Source: Oligoflexus sp. (GTDB lineage Bacteria; Bdellovibrionota_B; Oligoflexia; Oligoflexales; Oligoflexaceae). Taken from it: 14,988 nucleotides of DNA. The stretch is taken from positions 1-14,988 of the forward strand of contig JBGSTX010000374.1 of the NCBI GenBank assembly GCA_041736305.1, in the 5' to 3' direction. Positions 1-7,836 of the stretch are shown here, one piece after another. Every line of letters starts with the position of its first letter. Within the stretch, counting starts at the first letter, position 1. Below the pieces are notes generated by a model. That model had not been told where the DNA came from, ran no database searches, and worked only from the letters and a program-made list of their open reading frames with translations. Position numbers and translations under genes: made by a program.

Positions 1-89
1 GAGCGCTCCGCCCAATCCTGATAGGATGTCCAGCGCTCCTTCAGAGCGGGAACTATCTCCTCGATTGGCAATGTTCCGAAATATGCCAT
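1..89 (-). CDS. 5' end of a phage gene, probably portal protein (runs off the window)
   Basis: ATG at 89 with AAGGA RBS, 18 bp after the terL stop. Open frame MAYFGTLPIEEIVPALKERWTSYQDWAER to the window edge. The portal call is from position after terL only. Confidence 0.5.
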   Translation of the reverse strand, partial: MAYFGTLPIEEIVPALKERWTSYQDWAER

Positions 90-107
90 GTCTATTTATC
101 CTTACGT

Positions 108-1538
108 TTAAGCTAGAGCATTGAACAGCTGCTTTGCAAAACCGGATTGGTCTTCGAATACGATCGCGTTAGTTTTGCTCAGTTGTGGCCTATTATCTGT
201 CGAAGTGTCAATATGTCTTAAGCCATAGACCAGTGCCATCGCCGCATCACAGTGCCCTAAGACTTCCGACCGCTGAAAGTCCGACCTTGATTCGGTGAGG
301 AGTCCTCCTTCGAGCGTTTGTATGAGCATTTTGCACTGGGGATGTATCAACACCCTATTTTGGAAAATCTGATTTCTCAGGAACGTTAAGGTCGAATGAA
401 ACTCGGTTTTCGTTGGAGTCGTTATAGGGTATTCGTGCTCCGCGACGAAATCCACTTTCGTTTGACCTGCTGTATCGATAAATCGATTCACATTCTCCTC
501 TTCGATCTCTTTAAATCGTTTTACGATCACAGAGCTCGGCGTCCACGGCGGGAGGAATACCTCATTCCACACATGAATAAGGCCCGTATCATGGTCGAAA
601 GCCATCGAATAGCCCGCATAGTGATCTTTTACGCCTCCAAGATCTCCAGAAAAGATCCAATTGGCAAACTCCGGAAGCTTTGCAAAAGCCTGGACGTGTC
701 GCTCGGCGTCAAACGTAGGGCATATAGCGAGCCCCGGAGGCACTATCCACTCGCAGTAAAACTCTCGCTTCACATTTTCGGATTCGCGCCCGCCCACTTC
801 GAAAAATAGACGCTCCTTCTCTTCTTCATCTATATCGCTTAGCTCGTCTATCGTCTTTTTATGATAGAAACCGTTATTCTGTATCTTCGCCTTCTGCAGG
901 AGCTGATAACAAAAGTGAAGTTTCCCATCCCTCGAGGGAGTCGAGATAATGATGATCTTGATTTTCTTTTGCCTAGCCGTCGCTGGAATAATGACCGATC
1001 TATAGATGTACTCGAGCTTCGCAACAAAGCCAGCTTCATCGATAACGATGATCGAGACATCATTACCCCGAAGGCCATCGGGATTTTTATCGAGACCTAC
1101 GAGCTCAATGATTGAGCCTCGTTTAAAGGTGAAGATCTTTTTCGAAGGTGACCACTTCGGCCTCAAATCTTCGGGACAGTCCTCGATTATCTTATTAAAG
1201 GTCGGAATAATAAATCTTTCGAGATCAGTCTTAAACGCAGTGCCAAACTTTATAGTCTGCTTAAACCTAATGGCCTGCTCGATGCAGTAAACCACTGCCG
1301 AATAGCTCTTTCCGCCTCTTCGCGTCCAGTCACCATAGACGAGATGAATCTCGGGCCTAACGATACCCTCGTATAGCTCTCGCTGCTCAGGTTTTAATTT
1401 CCACTTGAGCCTCCCAAGGAGCCAAGCTTCCCGGACTTTCTTCGCCCGCTCACGGGCCTTCCGGATCTTTTCCCGCTCCTCCCTTACGTGTCTCTGCTGT
1501 TCCTCCCGACTCGGATACGTCAAAGCTAGAGAGCTCAT
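108..1538 (-). CDS. terL: Phage terminase large subunit
   Basis: 476 aa. Walker A-like TRRGGKS, Walker B IIVIDEAG preceded by LRG, coupling motif ISTP, nuclease acidic motifs SGDLG and HCDAAMAL. Confidence 0.92.
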   Translation of the reverse strand: MSSLALTYPSREEQQRHVREEREKIRKARERAKKVREAWLLGRLKWKLKPEQRELYEGIVRPEIHLVYGDWTRRGGKSYSAVVYCIEQAIRFKQTIKFGTAFKTDLERFIIPTFNKIIEDCPEDLRPKWSPSKKIFTFKRGSIIELVGLDKNPDGLRGNDVSIIVIDEAGFVAKLEYIYRSVIIPATARQKKIKIIIISTPSRDGKLHFCYQLLQKAKIQNNGFYHKKTIDELSDIDEEEKERLFFEVGGRESENVKREFYCEWIVPPGLAICPTFDAERHVQAFAKLPEFANWIFSGDLGGVKDHYAGYSMAFDHDTGLIHVWNEVFLPPWTPSSVIVKRFKEIEEENVNRFIDTAGQTKVDFVAEHEYPITTPTKTEFHSTLTFLRNQIFQNRVLIHPQCKMLIQTLEGGLLTESRSDFQRSEVLGHCDAAMALVYGLRHIDTSTDNRPQLSKTNAIVFEDQSGFAKQLFNALA

Positions 1539-1800
1539 CGAAGTCCTCGTCCTCGATATCTTCTCCGCCCGCGTATATCATTTCCTCTTCGGGCTTTGGC
1601 TTGCTTTGTGTCCATTCGGTAAACCATTGGAGCACCCTAAGTTTGAATTCAGGCGTTGAGCTCGGATCTCTCAATAGCGATTTAGTTTCCTCAGCTATTG
1701 ATAGCTCGGCAGCAATCATCTGATCGCATATTCGCCGCTTTGTACGCTTTTTCTTGCGCCGTCCAGAGCCCTCGGGCCTTACCCCTTTTTCGAAAGGCAT
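1450..1800 (-). CDS. terS: Probable terminase small subunit
   Basis: Immediately upstream of and overlapping terL. N-terminus MPFEKGVRPEGSGRRK resembles the F-x-KG...GR motif common in TerS-like proteins; acidic C-terminal tail. Confidence 0.65.
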   Translation of the reverse strand: MPFEKGVRPEGSGRRKKKRTKRRICDQMIAAELSIAEETKSLLRDPSSTPEFKLRVLQWFTEWTQSKPKPEEEMIYAGGEDIEDEDFDELSSFDVSESGGTAETRKGGAGKDPEGP

Positions 1801-1803
1801 GCC

Positions 1804-2115
1804 TCATCTCAGGCTTTGCTGGATATTGATAACCTGCAGAGCTTTTTCCACATCTCGCCGAATCTCTTCAACTTCAGAACTAAGCTCACGCTTTGTCTTC
1901 TCGCCAAGGCCAATGTTTCCGAGCACGGTCATTTCCCTTTTAAAGCTTAAATAGCGCCGAAAATTATAGGATAGAAAGGCCAAGAGAAAGGCAAGGAAGG
2001 CATAGAGGTTAGGGCTCGAAGATAGGACGATCAGCGTGACGAGAAACGACAGACTTGTGAGGCTGAGCCTTTGCCGATCGTTCAGAAGTGAAAGACTTCC
2101 CAGAAAGGCTTTCAT
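1804..2115 (-). CDS. Small 2-TM membrane protein with C-terminal coiled coil (holin-like)
   Basis: Hydrophobic segments LSLTSLSFLVTLIVLS and LYAFLAFLLAFLSY followed by a charged tail. ATGA overlap with the upstream ORF; 3 bp before terS. Confidence 0.5.
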   Translation of the reverse strand: MKAFLGSLSLLNDRQRLSLTSLSFLVTLIVLSSSPNLYAFLAFLLAFLSYNFRRYLSFKREMTVLGNIGLGEKTKRELSSEVEEIRRDVEKALQVINIQQSLR

Positions 2116-2357
2116 ACTCTCTGCCCCGTCCGGGCTATATCAAGCAGGTTATTGATCGCCCGGCTCATCACTATCGCTTGCAGATCCGGCGAGTCCGTTA
2201 TCGCTACAAGCTCGATACCTCCGTCCGCAAATTTCAGGCGAAACGCTTTGTATAGCCCTGATTCCGATCTTACGAGCGTGACAGCATCGGGCAATTTTGA
2301 TAGGTCTTCTTTCGAAAGCAAATTCCGACCGGACTTTTCCGCCGTATCTTTTGGCAT
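2112..2357 (-). CDS. Phage hypothetical protein (81 aa, start reassigned to MPKDTAEK)
   Basis: GGGGAG RBS before the ATG at 2357; stop coupled to the next ATG. Confidence 0.6.
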   Translation of the reverse strand: MPKDTAEKSGRNLLSKEDLSKLPDAVTLVRSESGLYKAFRLKFADGGIELVAITDSPDLQAIVMSRAINNLLDIARTGQRV

Positions 2358-2699
2358 TAAGCTGTTCTCCCCTGGATTTAGGGTAAAATAGCGCGTCTTT
2401 TTTGTATTTGGCAAGCCCTTGAGGAACCGAGCTATGGAAATGATCGATACCTTCTCCCCTGAAAACCAAGACGCATGCGGCTGCAAGGCACTTGGAATAA
2501 GCAGCTGTAGGCATGCAATCCTTAACGCTTACTTCTTTCCGGGCTTCCGTCGCTTCGAAGCCCTCGAGCGGCCCTGCGTCTATCATCTTTTCAAGGCGAG
2601 CGGGATCTCAAGTGATGACACAGCAAGGGCCGCCGAAGATTTCGAGCGCTGTGGCTTTGCAGTCGTAACCACACTAGAGCCAAAACGGCTCTATGTGTT

Positions 2700-2876
2700 C
2701 TATGAGCCCCTGAGCTCCTGAAGCAGATCCTCTATTCTACGGTTCGCCCATTGGATCGCCGAGAGCCAATAGTTGGCCGTCCGCTTATCATGATCACCTG
2801 CCGATGCGTGGTAGCGTTCGAACATTTTCGTTCGAGCATCTACCACGACGATAAATTCCGAGAAAATATCAGTCAT
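2700..2876 (-). CDS. Phage hypothetical protein, 58 aa (not in the ORF track)
   Basis: ATG at 2876, 2 bp after the upstream TAG. Translates MTDIFSEFIVVVDARTKMFERYHASAGDHDKRTANYWLSAIQWANRRIEDLLQELRGS*. Confidence 0.55.
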   Translation of the reverse strand: MTDIFSEFIVVVDARTKMFERYHASAGDHDKRTANYWLSAIQWANRRIEDLLQELRGS

Positions 2877-2878
2877 GT

Positions 2879-3115
2879 CTAGCGCTCGAAAGTCGCGCGG
2901 ATCTTCAGCTTCTCTTCGAGCACTCGCTCTATTGCTGCATCGAGCCGCTTGATATCATCCTCACGTCTTCTTTTGCTCACTTCAGCCTTCACTCCACATA
3001 TAAAACCAAAGCCAAAAAGAGACATACCAAGAGCAAGGCATACAAGGCCTAGATCGTACTTTGCAAACTCAGCCAGCGTCATCGATGAGATTGAAGCTCC
3101 GCTCGAAATTTCCAT
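2879..3115 (-). CDS. Small single-TM phage protein
   Basis: Hydrophobic LGLVCLALGMSLFGFGFICGV then a charged helix. GGAGG upstream; the true start may be the internal MTLAEF. Confidence 0.55.
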   Translation of the reverse strand: MEISSGASISSMTLAEFAKYDLGLVCLALGMSLFGFGFICGVKAEVSKRRREDDIKRLDAAIERVLEEKLKIRATFER

Positions 3116-3371
3116 GGCTCATTACCTCCAGTATTCCATCAGGCCCTTTGATCAACCAATGACCTTTCGGCAGTCCTTGCGTGAGATCCCCGACTCTTAA
3201 CACCCAATACTTTTCATCCGCAGAGCAAACAATGTTCCCTCCAAGTAGCGCACGCTTTGTCATGTGAGCTCTGAAGACTGTCGGAAGGCCTCGCATCTTC
3301 CCTTCCCACCGAAACGCTTCGCACATTTCACCCGAATCTCTCTTTCGATATCGCCTTGACTCAATCCGCAT
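3069..3371 (-). CDS. Conserved phage hypothetical protein
   Basis: YRKR...EAFRWEG...KGHWLIKGPDG...FERSF resembles the widespread phage family RKKP..EA.QW...GDWII.G..GE.......F...Y. Confidence 0.6.
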   Translation of the reverse strand: MRIESRRYRKRDSGEMCEAFRWEGKMRGLPTVFRAHMTKRALLGGNIVCSADEKYWVLRVGDLTQGLPKGHWLIKGPDGILEVMSHGNFERSFNLIDDAG

Positions 3372-3510
3372 CCAGACAGCCCTCGCTGCATGTTTTCACG
3401 CAGCATCGGTATGCAGTAATCGCTTACCATTTAAGTAAACTTATCTCATTTAGACTCATGAATGCGCCTTATTGCCATCATGCATAAACATCTGAAATAA
3501 GCACATGAGG

Positions 3511-3576
3511 TGTCAACCGTTTCCACTTCCAATGCGTTTTTAATCAAACCGACTATGCCTTTAATCAAATTGATTA
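3511..3576 (-). promoter_or_regulatory. Candidate regulated promoter of the downstream (packaging) operon
   Basis: Minus-strand TTGACA at 3511-3516 with no good -10. Direct repeat TTTAATCAAA at 3539 and 3560; palindrome TAATCAA-A-TTGATTA at 3562-3576; lies in an AT-rich intergenic gap. Confidence 0.4.
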
Positions 3577-3723
3577 GTCTCTTTGGCCTATTAGTGCCGT
3601 TTTTAGCAGAACAAATGGTATCCGTCCGGACGGCGAGTACTCATTTCGCATTCAAGCCTCATTCAAACTTTTCCTTTTTCCATGCAGTACGCTTTATATA
3701 AAAATCTTTTCTATGCGCATTTA

Positions 3724-3951
3724 TTAACACCAGACGATCCGCTTTTTTTCGAGCTCCAAAAAAAACGAGTACTCGAGGATTGACGACACTACCCCCGAGT
3801 ATCCGACACCGCTTGGCGATACCAGAATCAGCTCTGGGCCCGCACGATACGGCGTTGAAAACCGCACCCTCAAAAGCGAGTCCGTTTCTGATCGCTCCAT
3901 TTTTACTGGCCAGGGAAGATGGGATGCCAAATTACTAAGGTCTAGCGCCAT
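3724..3951 (-). CDS. Phage hypothetical protein
   Basis: 75 aa; ATG 1 bp after the upstream stop, with GAGGGG RBS. Confidence 0.55.
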   Translation of the reverse strand: MALDLSNLASHLPWPVKMERSETDSLLRVRFSTPYRAGPELILVSPSGVGYSGVVSSILEYSFFLELEKKRIVWC

Positions 3952-3952
3952 A

Positions 3953-4150
3953 TTAAACCCCTCTGTCTGCCATTTCTGCTTTCTCTTTCGCTTTCATCGA
4001 TCGCAGCAGCAGAGCGCTATCGATCGGATCCGCTTCAGATTCCAAAATCATGCCCCTGCGCTTTCGAAGGGCTCTCACCCTATGCAGAGCTAGGGCAACA
4101 ACAAAGTACGCTACGAGGGCCCAAAGCGTTTGTTTAATCAGCTGCATCAC
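3953..4150 (-). CDS. Small N-terminally membrane-anchored phage protein
   Basis: TLWALVAYFVVALAL followed by a basic patch; tightly packed between neighbours. Confidence 0.55.
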   Translation of the reverse strand: MMQLIKQTLWALVAYFVVALALHRVRALRKRRGMILESEADPIDSALLLRSMKAKEKAEMADRGV

Positions 4151-4157
4151 TTTTACC

Positions 4158-4496
4158 TTAGTTTCCGAGTACAGTTTGACTTAGATACACAGACCGCACT
4201 CCTTCCCGGAGCTCCTCCCTGCTCGGATCGTGGACTTTCAAATGCCCCGCTTTCTCTAGACTCCGCAAAGTGCGTAAAGCTGTGCGATGCGTTACACACC
4301 CGATATCTCCAAGCGTCTTTAGATCGACAAAGAGCGGCCGATGGGGATGACCGCGCACCTCTTCGAGAGACACTAGTGCGACGAGCGTTAGTTTCTCGCC
4401 CGGATTCAGACCTTTGAAACTCAGCACTCTATCAACCAATGCTTCGAGCTTTGGCTTTGACCGCACCCACTCCTGATCGACTCTTCCGTAATTCAT
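4158..4496 (-). CDS. Winged helix-turn-helix DNA-binding protein
   Basis: LNPGEKLTLVAL...LKTLGDIGCVTHRTALRTLRSLEKAGHLKV fits the wHTH pattern. ATG at 4496 follows a purine-rich RBS (the ORF track uses 4514). Confidence 0.7.
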   Translation of the reverse strand: MNYGRVDQEWVRSKPKLEALVDRVLSFKGLNPGEKLTLVALVSLEEVRGHPHRPLFVDLKTLGDIGCVTHRTALRTLRSLEKAGHLKVHDPSREELREGVRSVYLSQTVLGN

Positions 4497-4569
4497 CCCT
4501 TTCCCTTCCCCCACATATAAAAAGCCGATACCACCAAAAGCCCTAGTAGCACCCCGATTAGGAAAGCGG

Positions 4570-4845
4570 TCACGTCTTATCCTCCCGCCCGATCTTCTTG
4601 CCTCGTTTGAAAGCCAGCTCTAGGCTCCGCTCCACATTTTCAATAGAGAGACTGTCCCACACGTTCCCGGCAACTTGCTTGATCCACATGCACTCCTCGG
4701 ACGTCAGGGGCATACCAAAATGGGAAAGATCGGTGCCAAGAGGATGATACTCCTCGAGCACTTCGCGCATCGTTCTCCACTCCCTCGAATCTTCAGACCA
4801 CACAAAAGAAACCGACCTTTGATCGTTAATCATTTGGATCTCCAT
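4570..4845 (-). CDS. Phage hypothetical protein
   Basis: 91 aa ORF directly downstream of the rep gene, same strand. Confidence 0.55.
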   Translation of the reverse strand: MEIQMINDQRSVSFVWSEDSREWRTMREVLEEYHPLGTDLSHFGMPLTSEECMWIKQVAGNVWDSLSIENVERSLELAFKRGKKIGREDKT

Positions 4846-4872
4846 GCTCTGCCCACGTTTTGATTTCCTTCG

Positions 4873-6012
4873 TTAAATCGGGAACCAGTCCATTGGCGGT
4901 AATGGTAATTCCGCTTCTTTTGATTTCTCTTCGTGAGCTGGCTCGCAATTTAGAGCGTCAAGAAAGGTCTTTTGAAATCTGTCCCAGATCTGACTCCAAA
5001 AACCATCGTTACAATTGACGAGATTGTCGTACCTTTGCGCTCTCATGTATTTATCTGCCCAAGTCACAAAAGCTTTTCCCATCCTTGGGCCGCCTCCCGC
5101 CTCGGCGAATTCTTTTAGCCAAGCAAGCCCATCGTTATACGATACGGTCATATTGACTTCTTTAGGGTATCGCTCGAATATTCGAGCTAGTGGCATGCGC
5201 TCACCGATCGGATTATTGCCCCATTCATCATCTTTGAATGATGAATGTAAAACACCCGTTATAGATATGGACCTTTTGGGCTCCGAGCTACTGACAACGT
5301 CAGTAGCTTGCCCACTCATAACTCCTTCCAAGCTACTGACGTTGTCAGTAGATCCTTTTGACGAGCTATTGAAGCTGTCAGTAGCTTTTTCAGTGCTTTT
5401 TTCAAAGCTACTGACATCGTCAGTAGGTATCGTACAACCCTTGTCCTGCATGCCTTCGGAGGATATGACGTGCTCTGCATTGCCGTCCATATGGCCATCT
5501 TTTATGCACTCAGAGGCTTGTCTCGGTACTTCTTGAAGACCTCGATGCTTCGATAGCTCTGCTACCAGCTTTGGATGGAGGTAGCGTAATGTTTTTGGGC
5601 CCTTAGCATTGTAAGAGAGAAGATCGAGATCGCGGAGAGTCGCAAGGCTATAGGATAGGTTCTGAAGGTTCTTACTACTTGGATTCTTGTCCAACAAAAC
5701 ACATATATCTGTCTTTTTGGCGTCAAAAACATCTCGAGCATTTGAAAAGTCTCCTCTCCTTTCGAGATTCGCCAGAAACATATAAAAAAAGCCCGCTGCC
5801 CAGCCCTGGAGCTGGTTTTCAATCACAATGCTCACGCCAAACTTCAGCAAATCTGAAGTGCGCACCCAAAACTTGTTATCGGGAGGCTGAGTCTTTTCTT
5901 CTTTGCGTGGCGGAGAACCCTTGCGGCCCTTACGACTGGGGACTTTCTTTTGAGAAGCAGATCGTTCCGAAACAGAATACAGCTTGCGTTTAGTATCGAC
6001 CATGATACACAC
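4873..6012 (-). CDS. Phage replication initiator (lambda O / replisome organizer-like)
   Basis: HTH-like N-terminal domain (DICVLLDK...NLSYSLATLRDLDLLSY), low-complexity linker encoded by the iterons, C-terminal IFERYPK...AW motif. The start may be ATG 6003. Confidence 0.7.
   Translation of the reverse strand: MCIMVDTKRKLYSVSERSASQKKVPSRKGRKGSPPRKEEKTQPPDNKFWVRTSDLLKFGVSIVIENQLQGWAAGFFYMFLANLERRGDFSNARDVFDAKKTDICVLLDKNPSSKNLQNLSYSLATLRDLDLLSYNAKGPKTLRYLHPKLVAELSKHRGLQEVPRQASECIKDGHMDGNAEHVISSEGMQDKGCTIPTDDVSSFEKSTEKATDSFNSSSKGSTDNVSSLEGVMSGQATDVVSSSEPKRSISITGVLHSSFKDDEWGNNPIGERMPLARIFERYPKEVNMTVSYNDGLAWLKEFAEAGGGPRMGKAFVTWADKYMRAQRYDNLVNCNDGFWSQIWDRFQKTFLDALNCEPAHEEKSKEAELPLPPMDWFPI
5286..5428. 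repeat. Four 23-bp palindromic iterons (putative replication origin)
   Basis: Consensus AGCTACTGAC-N3-GTCAGTAGCT at 5286-5308 (perfect), 5331-5353, 5364-5386 and 5406-5428. Confidence 0.85.
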
Positions 6013-6058
6013 TAACCTTACGTTGTTATTGTTTTTGAAAGGGCCTCAAAGCCCGACC

Positions 6059-6093
6059 AAAACCAGCTCTCGCCAAAAGAGCTGGTTTTTTTT
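6059..6093 (+). terminator. Intrinsic terminator, possibly bidirectional
   Basis: AAAACCAGCTCT-CGCCAAA-AGAGCTGGTTTT stem; T8 tail on +, T4 on -. Confidence 0.75.
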
Positions 6094-6308
6094 CGCCTTC
6101 AGTCGGTCATCCCGAATCCACAGCATTCCCTCTTTGTTTTTCTGTACATTTTTCAGGCATATAGTCGCTTTGTGTGCAGCAAAGCCAGGCTGGACGTGTT
6201 TTCCGTGGGTTTCGGTGATCATAAAACCCCACATATATTGTATCCCGCCGATATCCCAAGATATTTCCGGGTATCGCGCATAGACAATAATCAGGTGTTA
6301 TTTGATCA

Positions 6309-6327
6309 TGCCGGAGGGGGGATTTGA
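6309..6327 (-). other. tRNA-Leu-like 3' fragment, candidate attachment site
   Basis: Minus strand TCAAAT-CCCCC-CTCCGGC-A = T-loop, 5-nt T-stem strand, 7-nt acceptor strand and discriminator A. Sits at the phage/host boundary; no 5' half of a tRNA upstream. Confidence 0.6.
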
Positions 6328-6540
6328 GATTCTAAACTGAGATGCTTATATTACGTGCAGAGCCGATTATTTCATATACAACAGCACTACCACTTCCGCT
6401 GTTACTGTATAACTTCAATGCCGCAGCAATATTTTTGTTGTGTGGGGGATACGCTTTTCGATATTTCATTCCGCTCTGATGAGAAATAAAGCACTTCTTG
6501 ATACATTCGGCTCTAACCGCAGTGAAGAGATAAAAATCGC

Positions 6541-7836
6541 ATGGACGAGAGCTCAAAAAATCTACAGAAAACAGCCAGGCCCGTAGCCGAAGATCTTGGA
6601 AATCTACCTGACCAAAGGTTGATGCAGGCGCAGAAGGCCATGCGCTGGCTCGAAGAAGCCGGTTTCCAGGCGCGGCTAGCCGGAGGTTGCGTCCGCGACC
6701 GCCTCCTTGGTATTAGGCCGAAGGATTATGACATCGCATCTGACGCCCTGCCTGAGCAAGTAAGCTTAATTTTTAAGCAGAAAGGCGCTAAGGTCGTGCC
6801 CACAGGCATCGACCATGGCACGGTCACCGTCGTCCTAGGCGGGCAGGGGATAGAAATTACTAGCCTTCGAAAGGATGTGAGTACTGATGGCAGGCGCGCC
6901 CTCGTCTCCTTCGGATCGTCGTTCGAGGAAGATGCCGAGCGCCGAGATTTTACTATGAATGCACTTTATGAAGACCTCGCCGGGCAGGTCTACGACTACT
7001 TCGATGGTCAGGCCGATATGAAGCGGGGAGTCCTCCGCTTCGTAGGCAGCCCCGAGCAGCGCATCCGTGAAGATTACCTGCGCATTCTAAGGCTCTTTCG
7101 CTTCTGGGCCCGCTTCGGCTTTAGGCCCGAAACTCAAACTCTAGACGCCGTCAAACGCGAAGTAGGGGGCCTCAAGCAAATTAGCCAGGAGCGCTGCACC
7201 TCAGAAATCCTTGCACTTCTGAGCGAAGAAGATATCGACGAGGTACTGCAGGCGATGCAGCAGACTCAGGTCTTCACAGAGACTCTCGAGTTTCGCGAGC
7301 CCATAGACCTCGGGAAACTGAGTGCCCACAAAAGCATCAGAAAAACCGAGCGCGCCCTCACCCGGCTCGCCGCATTGCTCCTCGATAAGCGCCAAGCAGC
7401 CGAAATCCCCGGCTACCTGGAGCAACTTCGGCTTTCTAAAAAACAAATGCTACAGATCCTGAGCCTTATTACGCCGCCAGCAATAGAACGAAGCTCAGAG
7501 CATGACGTGGCGAAGCAGATGGATATCCTCGACCAGCTCGAGAAAGTCTGGGGTCTCGACGGCATTCTTCTCGCCGCGCTACCCGCATTGAAGCTGATGC
7601 ACCCGGGCAGAGCCTCCCTGTGGGAGTATCTGCAGCGCACAGAGGAGCGCTCGGGCCCCCGCCGCCGCAGCCCCTTACCCATTAATGGTCAGGACCTCAT
7701 AGAGCGCCTGGGCATTAGTTCGGGACCAAAGCTAGGAACGATCGTTCTCTATCTGAAGGAATCTTTTCGGCGAGGTGAGTGGAGCGAGCCTGAAGAAGGC
7801 TTCAAACTCGCGAACAAATTCTTACAAAGCCCCTGA
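6541..7836 (+). CDS. cca: CCA tRNA nucleotidyltransferase (class II)
   Basis: GGCVRD...DYDIA, RRDFTMNAL, EDYLRILR, ISQER motifs. Flexible loop present; poly(A) polymerase G[RK]RF signature absent (PTGIDHGT); no HD domain evident. Confidence 0.9.
   Translation: MDESSKNLQKTARPVAEDLGNLPDQRLMQAQKAMRWLEEAGFQARLAGGCVRDRLLGIRPKDYDIASDALPEQVSLIFKQKGAKVVPTGIDHGTVTVVLGGQGIEITSLRKDVSTDGRRALVSFGSSFEEDAERRDFTMNALYEDLAGQVYDYFDGQADMKRGVLRFVGSPEQRIREDYLRILRLFRFWARFGFRPETQTLDAVKREVGGLKQISQERCTSEILALLSEEDIDEVLQAMQQTQVFTETLEFREPIDLGKLSAHKSIRKTERALTRLAALLLDKRQAAEIPGYLEQLRLSKKQMLQILSLITPPAIERSSEHDVAKQMDILDQLEKVWGLDGILLAALPALKLMHPGRASLWEYLQRTEERSGPRRRSPLPINGQDLIERLGISSGPKLGTIVLYLKESFRRGEWSEPEEGFKLANKFLQSP

Larger units (their letters stand above)
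1..6327 (-). mobile_element. Prophage or phage-like element (right end; continues left of the window)
   Basis: terL/terS, rep with iterons, co-oriented small ORFs, att-like fragment at the edge. Confidence 0.8.

Noticed and set aside
2149-2721. ORFs 2149-2586 (-), 2152-2391 (+) and 2419-2721 (+)
   Set aside because: They overlap or oppose better-supported minus-strand ORFs with RBS and coupling; 2360-2700 is left unassigned.
5286-5428. Palindromic repeats as a mini-CRISPR array
   Set aside because: Gaps are short and unequal (22, 10 and 19 bp), the repeats lie in frame within a CDS, and no cas genes are present.
5015-5536. 173-aa + strand ORF with LLTxSV repeats
   Set aside because: It is antisense to rep, and its repeats follow directly from the palindromic iterons.
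6240-6420. Intact tRNA gene
   Set aside because: No GCCGGAG 5' acceptor strand, D-arm or anticodon arm upstream of the 19-bp fragment.
6046-6556. ORFs 6046-6234 and 6332-6556 as genes
   Set aside because: Short, with no recognisable motifs; they cross the terminator or the AT-rich cca upstream region.
6541-7836. Poly(A) polymerase pcnB or a CC-only enzyme
   Set aside because: The PAP signature is absent; RRD and the flexible loop are intact.
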